From positions 128,001-192,000 of the forward strand of contig JBHJGN010000011.1 of NCBI GenBank assembly GCA_050331735.1: DNA of 64,000 bases, written 5' to 3'. Numbering within the stretch: position 1 is the stretch's first letter; every line of letters starts with the position of its first letter. Positions 20,683-30,677 of the stretch are shown one piece after another. The position numbers and the translations under genes are program-made. Origin of the DNA: Cyanophyceae cyanobacterium (GTDB taxonomy: Bacteria; Cyanobacteriota; Cyanobacteriia; Cyanobacteriales; JBHJGN01). Below the pieces are notes generated by a model. The model was given only the letters and a program-made list of their open reading frames with translations, ran no database searches and was not told the DNA's origin.

Positions 20683-21156
20683 TTAACTTTTGGCGGTTTC
20701 TGCATCAATAATTAAAATTTCTTCGGATTGAAATTGCCCCTCCTCAAGGGTCCAGCAGCGCACCTCAACCGCTCGACCTTCTGTAACAGATACAATAATG
20801 TAGGAGTAAACTGACCAGGCGATCGCCCGGTCGAACTCAGACGGAACCGCTATACCGTCGGGATGGGAATGATACACGCCGATAATATCTAAGTGGCGAT
20901 CACGGGCCCGTTTTTGCACCTGAAGCATCACTTCTGGGGCAATGCTGAAGCGGTTGCGCTTGCTGGTGTTGGTCGCCGTATCTCGTTGAGCCGCCACGAC
21001 TGCTGGGCTCCAGCTATTCTCGGTCGGTACTACTTCTCGGAGCAGCTTACAACTATTATCGCTGCTACCGAGCAGCAAGCCGCAGCATTCAGCGGGATAG
21101 TCTTGTTCTGCATGAGTGCGTATTTGATGGAGTTGTTCTTTAAGTCCTTTAATCAC
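20683..21156 (-). CDS. JAB/MPN (Mov34, M67) metallopeptidase
   Basis: YPAECCGLLLG and the JAMM motif YHSHPDGIAVPSEFD; upstream of moeB. Confidence 0.92.
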   Translation of the reverse strand: MIKGLKEQLHQIRTHAEQDYPAECCGLLLGSSDNSCKLLREVVPTENSWSPAVVAAQRDTATNTSKRNRFSIAPEVMLQVQKRARDRHLDIIGVYHSHPDGIAVPSEFDRAIAWSVYSYIIVSVTEGRAVEVRCWTLEEGQFQSEEILIIDAETAKS

Positions 21157-21287
21157 TTTGTTGATCGCTCATCGTTGATTGTTTGGCTCCTTAAAACCTA
21201 GGCCAAATTGAGCATTGAATTGGGAATTTTAAATTCCGATCAGAACGCGCTATACTCCTGTCGGATTAGTTGATCGGCAGAATAATT

Positions 21288-22643
21288 ATGGTAGCGGTAG
21301 CAATTTTAGCGGCTGGCAGGGGAACCCGGATGAAGTCTAGTCTTCCCAAGGTTTTACATTCTTTAGGAGGACGTTCGCTCGTAGAGCGTACTCTTGATAG
21401 CTGTCGGCTCATTGAACCAACTCGCTCTTTGGTCATTGTTGGCTATCAAGCCCAACAGGTCAAGCAGGCGCTATCAGCACGAGCAGAAGTCGAGTTTGTC
21501 GAGCAACTTCAGCAGCTCGGAACAGGACACGCTATTCAACAGCTTTTGCCCCACCTTCAGGAGTTCACCGGCGATTTGATTGTGCTGAACGGAGATGTCC
21601 CTCTACTCCGACCTGAAACGCTTCAAAGACTCCTACAGGTGCATCAATCTCATCACAATGCGGCAACTTTGCTAACGGCGCAATTACCGGAACCACAAGG
21701 CTATGGACGGGTTTTCTGCAATGGGGGCAACAAAGTGACGCAAATTGTGGAAGACCGCGACTGTACCGCCGCACAGAAGCACAATCACCGCATCAATGCC
21801 GGGGTGTACTGCTTTAACTGGATGAAGCTGGCTGAGGTGCTGCCCAAACTTTCTGCGAATAACGAGCAGCAGGAGTATTATCTCACGGAGGTCGTTGACT
21901 ATTTAGAGCCAGTGATGGCGGTTGATGTGGATGACTATCTAGAAATTACCGGCATTAACGATCGCCTTCAGCTAGCCGCCGCTAGCAAAATTCTACATGA
22001 CCGCATCAAAGAGCAGTGGATGGCAGCCGGAGTGACGCTTGTCGATCCCAATAGCGTTACGATCGATGAGACCGTTAAGCTAGAGCCAGACGTAGTTATT
22101 GAGCCGCAAACGCATCTGCGGGGGAATACGGTAATTGCTTCGGGATGCCGCCTTGGTCCGGGGAGCCTGATTGAAAATAGCGAGCTCGCCCACAACGTGA
22201 CGGTGCTGTATTCTGTCGTGAGCGACTCCCAAATTGCTTCCCAGTCCCGGATCGGTCCCTACGCCCATCTGCGCGGACAGGCCCAAATTGGGGAGGCGTG
22301 TCGCATCGGCAACTTCGTTGAAGTGAAGAAGTCAACTCTCGGTGACAAAACGAACGCTGCGCACCTGGCGTACATAGGAGATGCCACTTTGGGAACTCGC
22401 GTTAACATTGGCGCTGGGACGATTACAGCCAATTATGATGGGGTTAACAAGCATTCTACCCGGATTGGTGACGATACGAAAACAGGGGCCAATAGCGTCC
22501 TAGTTGCTCCGGTGACCGTGGGAGAAGGAGTTACGATTGCGGCGGGATCGGTGATTACTAAAGATGTTCCTGATGAGGCGCTGGCGATCGCGCGATCGCG
22601 GCAGGTTATTCATCAAGGCTGGCGGATGCCTCCTCGGCAGTGA
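21288..22643 (+). CDS. glmU: Bifunctional UDP-GlcNAc pyrophosphorylase / glucosamine-1-P N-acetyltransferase
   Basis: [30 protein letters not shown], hexapeptide repeats, [17 protein letters not shown]. Confidence 0.97.
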   Translation: MVAVAILAAGRGTRMKSSLPKVLHSLGGRSLVERTLDSCRLIEPTRSLVIVGYQAQQVKQALSARAEVEFVEQLQQLGTGHAIQQLLPHLQEFTGDLIVLNGDVPLLRPETLQRLLQVHQSHHNAATLLTAQLPEPQGYGRVFCNGGNKVTQIVEDRDCTAAQKHNHRINAGVYCFNWMKLAEVLPKLSANNEQQEYYLTEVVDYLEPVMAVDVDDYLEITGINDRLQLAAASKILHDRIKEQWMAAGVTLVDPNSVTIDETVKLEPDVVIEPQTHLRGNTVIASGCRLGPGSLIENSELAHNVTVLYSVVSDSQIASQSRIGPYAHLRGQAQIGEACRIGNFVEVKKSTLGDKTNAAHLAYIGDATLGTRVNIGAGTITANYDGVNKHSTRIGDDTKTGANSVLVAPVTVGEGVTIAAGSVITKDVPDEALAIARSRQVIHQGWRMPPRQ

Positions 22644-22761
22644 CTCGTCAACAGTACCCAGGGTCCAAGAACCAATGGCAAAAGTGTCCTTCAGGAGGAA
22701 GACATTTTTCGCGAAGAAAAGTAACGTAAATATGTAATCAAAAACGTCAATTAGTTTAGCT

Positions 22762-23490
22762 ATGGACGATCAACACAGCACCAAGAAAAAAGAAACGGTC
22801 ACCTCCAGAATCTCTCCCTGGTTGGCCCGCTTGCTCTATCCCCTTGGCTGTTATGTTGTGCTGCCACTTTTCTTTGGTCGTCTAGAAGTGACTGGACAGG
22901 AAAATATTCCCCGTTCTGGCCCAGTAATTGTTGCTCCAACCCATCGCTCTCGCTGGGATGCGCTTGTTGTTCCGTATGCCGTTGGTCGGCTAGTGAGCGG
23001 GCGCGATCTGCACTATATGGTGTCTGTTAATGAAATGAAGGGAATTCAGGGCTGGTTTATTCGGCGCATGGGCGGCTTTCCCGTCGATCCAGAGCATCCT
23101 GGCATCAGGACGCTCCGTCACAGCGTCGAGCTACTGAGCGAGGACAAGATGCTCGTCATTTTTCCTGAAGGCGCTTTAAGACACGGAGGCGTCTATCGTG
23201 ATGAGTGGATTCATCCCTTGCAGCGTGGTGTTGCCACTGTTGCTCTTGAGGCTGAATCGAGGCGACCTGGATGTGGAGCGCACATCCTTCCTGTAAGCAT
23301 CAAGTATTCAGAGGCCTATCCACGATGGGGAACCGAGGTCAAAGTTGATATTGGGGTTTCTCTTCGCGTAGCTGATTATGGAGACAAGTCCTCAAAAAAA
23401 AGCTCGCAACGACTAACGGCGGACTTAGAAGCAGCTCTGAAAAAACTTTATGAACCTTCAGACCGTTCCCAGCCGGTGTCGGCGGCTTGA
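22762..23490 (+). CDS. plsC: 1-acyl-sn-glycerol-3-phosphate (lysophospholipid) acyltransferase
   Basis: HRSRWD (HX4D), MGGFPVD, IFPEG. Confidence 0.88.
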   Translation: MDDQHSTKKKETVTSRISPWLARLLYPLGCYVVLPLFFGRLEVTGQENIPRSGPVIVAPTHRSRWDALVVPYAVGRLVSGRDLHYMVSVNEMKGIQGWFIRRMGGFPVDPEHPGIRTLRHSVELLSEDKMLVIFPEGALRHGGVYRDEWIHPLQRGVATVALEAESRRPGCGAHILPVSIKYSEAYPRWGTEVKVDIGVSLRVADYGDKSSKKSSQRLTADLEAALKKLYEPSDRSQPVSAA

Positions 23491-23780
23491 GGAAAGGCGC
23501 AATGGGTATCTGAGCGGGCACTGCTAGAATAGTCTAATTTTGATAACTGCTGTTGAGCACGCAGTGCCCATAGTGCCCTGCTTGTAAGTCCTGTGGTACA
23601 AACGCTCACCTCCACTTTGACAGGGGGAGTTCTTCGCTCTTAGCGGTTAGCTATAGATTGGCTAGTCCAGCTCGTTGCTGGGAAGGGAGTAGTTTGAGCT
23701 ACAAAATCTTAAGAAAGTTTAAGCCATAATAGTTAGCTGAAGGATAAACGGCAAGAGTGTCTTTTGATGGCGATCGCTGA

Positions 23781-25466
23781 ATGAAACCCAAAATTATTGT
23801 CAGTGGCTTAGGTCGAACTGGATACAAAATTTTCACCCTGCTCAAGCAGCAGGGAGCCGAGGTAACAGGCATCAGCGACCGCCCAATGGTCAGCAATGGT
23901 CAAATTGTGGTTGGCGATCTGCGCGATCCGGCAACGCTCGCTCAAGCTGGCATCAAGGACGCTCAGACGCTCGTGCTTGCCAATAACGACGATGCTCTTA
24001 ATTTAGCGATCCTGACTCAGGCGCGAGTGATCAATCCCCACATTCGGATCATTAACCGCTTGTATAACCGCACCCTGGGACAACGGCTAGACCGCACTCT
24101 CCCCAACCACGTCAGCATGAGTGTCTCTTCCTTAGCTGCCCCGATATTTTCCTTTGCAGCGATGGGGAATCAGGCGATCGGCCAGCTACGTTTATTTCAC
24201 CAAACCTGGCCCCTCCACGAAGAAGTAATTACCGACTCCCATCCTTGGCTAGGGCTGAAGCTAAGCGAACTGTGGGATAATCCGTCTCGGATGCTGATCT
24301 ACTATCTGCCCGCCCAGGGAGAAATTGATTTAGTGTCCGCTGTCACCCAGGGCAGACGGCTAGAACCAGGCGATCATCTGATCGTTGGTACTCTGCCCAC
24401 CATGCATACCCGACGACGGTCGCGGATACGCAAGTTAGTCAAGGCGATTCTTAACGTCAGAAAATATCGCAGTCACGGTCGTCCGGTCGCTCTCGCCACG
24501 CTGTCGTTGCTGCTGGCAATTTTCTTGGCTACGCTCACCTACGTCAGCGTTAACTTAAATACCTCCATTGTCGATGCACTCTACTTCTCCGTGGGGATGA
24601 TTACCGGAGCCGGAGGTCAAGAGCAGGTCGCCGAACAATCTCCCAGCGGCATCAAAGTGTTTACGGCTTTGATGATGCTGGTGGGCGCTGGAGTAATTGG
24701 CATCTGCTACGCGCTGATCAACGATTTTATCCTCGGGAGCCGTCTGAAGCAGTTTTGGGATGCGGCCCGAATTCCGACTCGCAACCACTATATCGTGTGC
24801 GGTTTAGGAGGAGTGGGCATGCAGATCGTTCATCAACTCCACTCTCAAGGACACGATGTGGTGGCCGTTGAGTGCGACCACAACAACCGCTTTCTCCATA
24901 CGGTGCGCTCCCTTAGCGTACCGGTGATCATCGAAGATGCTAGCCTCGCCTCAACCCTTCAGGCGGCCAACAGCGATCGCGCGACGGCTCTGATTGCCGC
25001 GACCAGTAACGACATGACCAACGTCGAGATCGCCCTCACGGCTAAAGCGGTCGATCCTCAACTTCCGGTCGTCGTCCGCATTCAGGAACCTCAATTTGCT
25101 CGTTCGGTGCAGGAGGTGTTTGATTTTGAAACGGTGCTGTCTCCGGTGGAGTTGGCAACTCATTCCTTTGCCGCCGCTGCGCTGGGGGGCAAGATCCTTG
25201 GCAACGGCATGACTAACGATCTGCTCTGGGTGGCGATCGCTACTATGATTACGCCCAGGCATCCTTTTTGCAACCACAGCATCGCCAAAGCCGCCATGAA
25301 AGCCGATTTTGTGCCCCTTTATCTAGAAAGAAATCAGCAAACGATTCACGGCTGGACCCTCTTAGAAATCGTGCTTAAACCAGGCGATGTTCTGTATTTG
25401 ACTATGCCTGCCACCCGCTTAAAGCAGCTTTGGCAAGCCACTCCCACTCAGCTATCTATGAGCTAG
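23781..25466 (+). CDS. Potassium channel / TrkA-RCK domain protein
   Basis: Two NAD-binding RCK domains (VSGLGRTG; VCGLGGVG) flanking a 2-TM pore segment (DALYFSVGMITGAGG). Confidence 0.88.
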   Translation: MKPKIIVSGLGRTGYKIFTLLKQQGAEVTGISDRPMVSNGQIVVGDLRDPATLAQAGIKDAQTLVLANNDDALNLAILTQARVINPHIRIINRLYNRTLGQRLDRTLPNHVSMSVSSLAAPIFSFAAMGNQAIGQLRLFHQTWPLHEEVITDSHPWLGLKLSELWDNPSRMLIYYLPAQGEIDLVSAVTQGRRLEPGDHLIVGTLPTMHTRRRSRIRKLVKAILNVRKYRSHGRPVALATLSLLLAIFLATLTYVSVNLNTSIVDALYFSVGMITGAGGQEQVAEQSPSGIKVFTALMMLVGAGVIGICYALINDFILGSRLKQFWDAARIPTRNHYIVCGLGGVGMQIVHQLHSQGHDVVAVECDHNNRFLHTVRSLSVPVIIEDASLASTLQAANSDRATALIAATSNDMTNVEIALTAKAVDPQLPVVVRIQEPQFARSVQEVFDFETVLSPVELATHSFAAAALGGKILGNGMTNDLLWVAIATMITPRHPFCNHSIAKAAMKADFVPLYLERNQQTIHGWTLLEIVLKPGDVLYLTMPATRLKQLWQATPTQLSMS

Positions 25467-25887
25467 CCAGTTGCTGCGCGATAGGAGCAGCACTGGTCAG
25501 AAAGAGCAGCCAACAATATCAGAGCGGTTGAATAGAAGAAAGCGGGGTTTTCTTGAGGGCACACCGTCAAACTTGTCTGAACGCGAAAATTGTCAACAGG
25601 GAGCCGAGGTCGCTGTACAGCGCCGTCAGCCCCTGACTGCTAATAGGAAATCCTTAAGTGCTTGCTATAGATGGCAGTCAGGAGGCAGGAGGTAGAGAAG
25701 AAAATCTATCGGTAGCAGACTTTTTTCGATTTCATGTAAAATACATTGCTGGCTCTAGTATTGGAGAGAATATTCTATCTAGGTTGACCGAATACTCACT
25801 CTCGGTTTAGGGTTGCTAGGGCAAGAGTACTAATAGGCAGAGAAAGATACAATAGAATAGCGACATCGATTCTATTGGGGATTCATC

Positions 25888-27369
25888 ATGACCCTTGCTG
25901 CTCCTGTTAGAACCAAGTACGAAGCAATTATTGGTCTAGAAACTCACTGCCAGCTCAACACCAAAACAAAAATTTTTAGCCCCGTCTCTACAGCATTTGG
26001 GGCCGTGCCAAACAGCAATATTTCTCCGATCTGTCTGGGCTACCCGGGAGTGCTGCCCGTTCTTAATGAGAAAGTATTAGAGTATGCCGTTAAAGCCGGA
26101 CTCGCTCTCAACTGCCAGATTGCCCCCTACAGCAAGTTTGACCGCAAACAGTATTTTTACGCCGACCTGCCTAAAAATTACCAGATTTCCCAATACGATC
26201 TGCCCATTGCTGAACACGGCTGGCTAGAAATTGAGCTAGTTCATCAGGGCGAATCGGTGCGTAAAAAGATCGGCATTACCCGCCTGCACATGGAAGAAGA
26301 TGCCGGAAAGCTCGTGCATGTCGGCTCGGATCGACTGGCGGGTTCTACTCATTCCCTCGTAGACTTCAACCGCGCCGGAGTGCCGCTACTAGAAATTGTC
26401 TCCGAACCCGACCTGCGTTCCGGCGAAGAAGCTGCCGAATACGCTCAAGAACTACGCCGCATCTTACTCTACCTCGGTATTAGCGACGGCAACATGCAGG
26501 AAGGATCTCTGCGCTGCGATGTCAATGTTTCTGTGCGTCCGGTGGGACAGCAGGAGTTTGGCGTGAAGGTGGAAATTAAGAACATGAACTCCTTTAGCGC
26601 GATTCAAAAAGCCATTGACTACGAAATTGAGCGGCAAATAGAAGCCGTGGAGAACGGCGAGCCAATTCTTCAGGAAACGCGGCTGTGGGACGAAGGCAGC
26701 CAGCGCACCATTAGTATGCGCACAAAGGAAGGATCGAGCGACTACCGCTATTTCCCCGAACCCGATCTACCGCCGATTGAGGTAAGCTCAGAACAGTTGC
26801 AGCAGTGGCAGTCGGAGTTGCCGGAACTGCCTGCTCAAAAACGCGATCGCTATGAATCCGAGTTTGGCCTGTCTGCCTACGATGCTCGCGTTCTCACCGA
26901 CGACCGCGCGGTGACAGAATACTTTGAAGCCGCCGTTACCGCTGGAGCAAATCCGAAGCAGGTAGCCAACTGGGTTACTCAGGATATCGCCGCCTATCTC
27001 AACAACAATAAGCTCGATATTACTCAAATTGCCCTCAAGCCAACCATTCTTGCTGAGTTAGTTGAGCTAATCGACAGCGGCACCATTAGCGGCAAAATTG
27101 CTAAAGATATCTTACCGGACTTGTTAACTCAAGGCGGCTCGGCTAAAGAACTCGTCGAAAGTAGAGGACTGATTCAAATTTCCGATACCGGAGAACTCGA
27201 AAAGATCGTCGATGAGGTGATTGAAGCTCATCCGGATGAAGTGAACAAGTTTCGCAACGGCAAAACTAAACTCAAAGGCTTCTTTGTCGGTCAGGTGATG
27301 AAGAAAACCAGCGGACGGGCCGATCCTAAGTTAACGAATCAGTTGATCGGCAAAAAGCTCCAGGGGTAA
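25888..27369 (+). CDS. gatB: Asp/Glu-tRNA amidotransferase subunit B
   Basis: YEAIIGLETHCQL, FDRKQYFYADLPKNYQISQ, HMEEDAGK, EGSLRCDVNVS, DYRYFPEPDL. Confidence 0.98.
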   Translation: MTLAAPVRTKYEAIIGLETHCQLNTKTKIFSPVSTAFGAVPNSNISPICLGYPGVLPVLNEKVLEYAVKAGLALNCQIAPYSKFDRKQYFYADLPKNYQISQYDLPIAEHGWLEIELVHQGESVRKKIGITRLHMEEDAGKLVHVGSDRLAGSTHSLVDFNRAGVPLLEIVSEPDLRSGEEAAEYAQELRRILLYLGISDGNMQEGSLRCDVNVSVRPVGQQEFGVKVEIKNMNSFSAIQKAIDYEIERQIEAVENGEPILQETRLWDEGSQRTISMRTKEGSSDYRYFPEPDLPPIEVSSEQLQQWQSELPELPAQKRDRYESEFGLSAYDARVLTDDRAVTEYFEAAVTAGANPKQVANWVTQDIAAYLNNNKLDITQIALKPTILAELVELIDSGTISGKIAKDILPDLLTQGGSAKELVESRGLIQISDTGELEKIVDEVIEAHPDEVNKFRNGKTKLKGFFVGQVMKKTSGRADPKLTNQLIGKKLQG

Positions 27370-27428
27370 GTCGAGCGTTGTTAACAAGACTTGGCTCTGT
27401 CCTCAGAAAATCTCCGGTTAAAGATGGT

Positions 27429-27466
27429 AAAGGCGAGACCTAAATTCAAAACGAGGTCTGCCTTTT
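27429..27466 (+). terminator. Probable intrinsic terminator after gatB
   Basis: AAAGGC(G)AGACCT / AGGTCTGCCTTTT stem ending in a T run. Confidence 0.55.
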
Positions 27467-27511
27467 AGTTGTTGAATACTACTTAAAAACCCGCCTTGAA
27501 AAGCTAGAAAA

Positions 27512-27716
27512 ATGCCCAAGAAGGAAGCTTAAATCGATGCTGAACAAGGCTGGTTTTGAGCCGATCCCCAACCGTGGGAAAGGCAGTCACGCCATCTATC
27601 AGTATCCTGGGACTACTATCAGGGTCAACCTGCCAGGAAAAGATGGAGCTGATGATACACCGTACATGCAGGCTACTAGCCACCCTCTACCAGTCGTCAA
27701 ACCAATTTTTGCTTAA
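27512..27716 (+). pseudogene. hicA: HicA-family mRNA interferase toxin remnant (frameshifted, no hicB)
   Basis: ATG 27512 gives MPKKEA*. The shifted frame continues KLKSMLNKAGFEPIPNRGKGSHAIYQYPG..RVNLPGKDGADD (HicA GKGSH motif) and then diverges. Confidence 0.78.
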
Positions 27717-27791
27717 AAGTAGCGATCGCCTCTATGAAAGAGATATCGACCTCCTGGTATAATCACCTCTACGGGTACAGGGGGGAAGAGC

Positions 27792-29114
27792 ATGGCAGAT
27801 TGGCAGGTTGTAAATAGTGGAGTCACTGCGCCCAAAGGATACCGGGCAGCAGGAATCACGGCAGGACTCAAACCCTCTGGCGCACCAGATTTAGCCCTGG
27901 TTCTGTCAGAGACAGAAGCGATCGCCGCCGGAGTCTTTACGACGACTCAAGTCCGCGCTGCCTGCGTAGACTACTGCCGTCAGCGCCTGCAAAAGAAAGC
28001 CAGCGCCCGCGCCATCCTGTGTAATGCCGGACAGGCTAACGCGGCGACGGGCGAACAGGGATGGCAAGATGCCCTCGACTCTGCCAAAGCGATCGGGCAG
28101 GAACTTAACATTTCTTCAGACCTCGTTCTGCTTGCTTCTACAGGCGTGATCGGTCAAAGAATCCGGATGGATGCACTACGACGCAGCCTGCCAACTTTAG
28201 TGGAGGCGGTGTCGATAGAAGGAGGAGAAGCCGCCGCTAGAGCAATTATGACCACCGATCTAGTTCCAAAAACCATTGCCCTAGAAACCACGATTGACGG
28301 TCGTCCAGTTCGCATCGGCGGCATGGCTAAGGGGTCAGGAATGATTCACCCCAACATGGCAACGATGCTCGCATTTATTACCTGCGATGCGGCAGTGTCT
28401 ACCTCTCTCTGGCAGCAGATGCTCAGCCGCGCTGCTGACCAAAGCTTCAACCAGATTACCGTTGATGGCGATACCAGCACCAACGATACGCTCATTGCCC
28501 TGGCCAATGGTCAATCCCGGACCGCAGCCATTACCGACAGGGGAGAGAGCGCCCAGAAACTAGAAGCGATGTTAACAGCCGTGTGTCAGCACCTGGCTAA
28601 GGCGATCGCCCGGGACGGAGAAGGAGCCACCTGCTTAATTGAGGTGCAGGTTATCGGCGCACCCGACGAAGCCTCCGCACGACGCATTGCTCGCACCATT
28701 GCCGGATCTTCTCTCGTTAAATCGGCTATTTTTGGGCGCGATCCGAACTGGGGCAGAATTGCGGCAGCGGCAGGACGAGCCGGAGTTTCCTTTCATCAGG
28801 AAAATTTGCAGATTAAGCTAGGGGATTTCCTGCTGATGGATTACGGTCAACCCCTCCCGTTCGATCGGCAAGCCGCTAGTGATTATCTTAAACACTCAGC
28901 AGTGACAACTCCAGCAGTGATTAGTACGCAACAGGCCAATGAATTACTCGAACCTTCGGGTCAACCAATGCCCGAGCAAAACAACTCGCCGCAAAGGCTA
29001 GATAACCCAGTCCTTATTAAAGTGTCAATCGGCAATGGTTCCGGTACAGGCATAGCCTGGGGCTGCGATCTCAGTTACGACTATGTAAAGATCAACGCCG
29101 AGTATACAACGTAG
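27792..29114 (+). CDS. argJ: Bifunctional ornithine acetyltransferase / N-acetylglutamate synthase
   Basis: GVTAPKGYRAAG, NAGQANAATG, GMAKGSGMIHPNMATML (autocleavage site), VDGDTSTND, GCDLSYDYVKINAEYTT. Confidence 0.97.
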   Translation: MADWQVVNSGVTAPKGYRAAGITAGLKPSGAPDLALVLSETEAIAAGVFTTTQVRAACVDYCRQRLQKKASARAILCNAGQANAATGEQGWQDALDSAKAIGQELNISSDLVLLASTGVIGQRIRMDALRRSLPTLVEAVSIEGGEAAARAIMTTDLVPKTIALETTIDGRPVRIGGMAKGSGMIHPNMATMLAFITCDAAVSTSLWQQMLSRAADQSFNQITVDGDTSTNDTLIALANGQSRTAAITDRGESAQKLEAMLTAVCQHLAKAIARDGEGATCLIEVQVIGAPDEASARRIARTIAGSSLVKSAIFGRDPNWGRIAAAAGRAGVSFHQENLQIKLGDFLLMDYGQPLPFDRQAASDYLKHSAVTTPAVISTQQANELLEPSGQPMPEQNNSPQRLDNPVLIKVSIGNGSGTGIAWGCDLSYDYVKINAEYTT

Positions 29115-29148
29115 TTAATGACCAGATATTGCTGAAAAAGTTATGGTG

Positions 29149-29985
29149 TTAACCGAAAGCAAAATCGCCTGAGTTGACAACGTCATTGGGAAAAAGCGCC
29201 AAATCGCTATTACTAGCCATTGAGTCACTCCCATCTAGCAGGGTTGAGGCAACATCTTGAAAACCCATCCCCAGTTCTGCCAGATCGACGCTCTCTTCAG
29301 AAAGTTGGGCCGAATTCATCTGCAACTGTTGAGTATTTTCTCCACCAACAATGACATCGTTTTCGCTATTGATGCCAGCAATGGGATCTGCATTATCGGT
29401 ATCAAGCCGACTATGGCTCCATTCAAAGGTATAGTCATCCCAGCCTTCGTATACATAACTGTCCTCTTCGGGTTCGGTTGCTTCTGCAACGTTGAACGCT
29501 AGTGTGTAGTCGGAGACTACGCCTGCTTGTCGAAAAACAAAAGTATATTCGCCGTTTGGTAATGCTCCCTCAAAACCAATGGCACCAAAACCATCGCCGA
29601 TATCATCTAATATATCAGTCCCAATTTGTCGCGGTTCACCGAACAGATTGTAGCCAAGTAGGTTGCCGATCTCGGTTGTCTCGCGGTTCAGCGGTTCGGT
29701 AAATTGGTCTCCTTCCTGTACGGCGACGAATGCCACATTTCGTTCAGGACTAATCGACTCTAGCACCAATGAATCTAACTGAAAACCATCAGGGATGATT
29801 ACCGTAAGATATTCTAGGTCTTCGTTGCCCGTACTCGCCGATAAAATAGTAGTTCCTGGGGATAAGAGCAGCTCTGAGGGATTCTCTGGATCGTTAGAAA
29901 TATCCCCGTCTACTGCTTCAGTGTAAGTTAGTAAAGAAAGATCGCTATCAAGGTTAGAAGAAGTTGATAAGCTCATTTGAGTCAT
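29149..29985 (-). CDS. Acidic hypothetical protein with a putative extracellular beta-rich domain
   Basis: YTEAVDGDISND...GTDILDDIG.G.GAIGF.GALP.G.YTF followed by a low-complexity acidic tail. The start is uncertain (ORF track extends to 30099). Confidence 0.7.
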   Translation of the reverse strand: MTQMSLSTSSNLDSDLSLLTYTEAVDGDISNDPENPSELLLSPGTTILSASTGNEDLEYLTVIIPDGFQLDSLVLESISPERNVAFVAVQEGDQFTEPLNRETTEIGNLLGYNLFGEPRQIGTDILDDIGDGFGAIGFEGALPNGEYTFVFRQAGVVSDYTLAFNVAEATEPEEDSYVYEGWDDYTFEWSHSRLDTDNADPIAGINSENDVIVGGENTQQLQMNSAQLSEESVDLAELGMGFQDVASTLLDGSDSMASNSDLALFPNDVVNSGDFAFG

Positions 29986-30677
29986 CGGTTGAACATTGCT
30001 CCGGTGGTGATTGACTTTTGAATTTTGACGGAATAAAGAAAAGTTGCTTGAGTTTTCTAGGCTTTTAAACCCTTCTAGCTCAATGCGGCTGCCATTCATT
30101 TATATTAATATTGTGATTTTTTAGTCGTTAGTTATCACAATTTAGGCTTTAAATATTGCTTAATAGTTTTAAACTACTTATTTAGATCTTTAAATCAGCA
30201 TTTTCTGTCTAGTCTATACGGCTAAAAACCGACTACAGTTGCTAGAGTCTTTAAACAAACACGCCAATACGACTGACATAGTTCTTAAACAAAGAACTTT
30301 CTTGATTTAGAAATAAAACAAGAAGACTAGCTTGTTTTTTGTGATTGAATAATTGTCTAAAACACTTTAGCCTACCATGTTCTTCTATAGAAGGTAATCT
30401 CATTGAAAAGCCTTGTCAACTATTTCCATATCAAAATACACTCAAAAATAAAAATAAGAAAATATTCATCATCTTTTCTGTAGAATTTTTAGGTTCTTTT
30501 GTGTTTTCTACAGCTAAAAGCGATCGCCTTGAGTGTGCTTAGGGTTCAAGAGGTGTCAAAGCAGCACAACACCTCCAATCCCCCCTGATCGCCTCTTGGC
30601 GATCGCAAAAGCTTATTAGGAATGCTAGACTGCTTACGCCAGGATTACTTAAATAACTGGCAGTCTGGAGTACAAAA

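Noticed and set aside
22584..22599. Tandem double HIP1 forming a 16-bp palindrome in glmU
   Set aside because: It encodes the ordinary LAIARSR segment and is expected given the HIP1 density.
25471..25887. 74-aa ORF and stem CCTGACTGC/GCAGTCAGG upstream of gatB (possible T-box or sRNA)
   Set aside because: No T-box or riboswitch consensus recognisable; the ORF has no protein-like features; a single stem is insufficient evidence.
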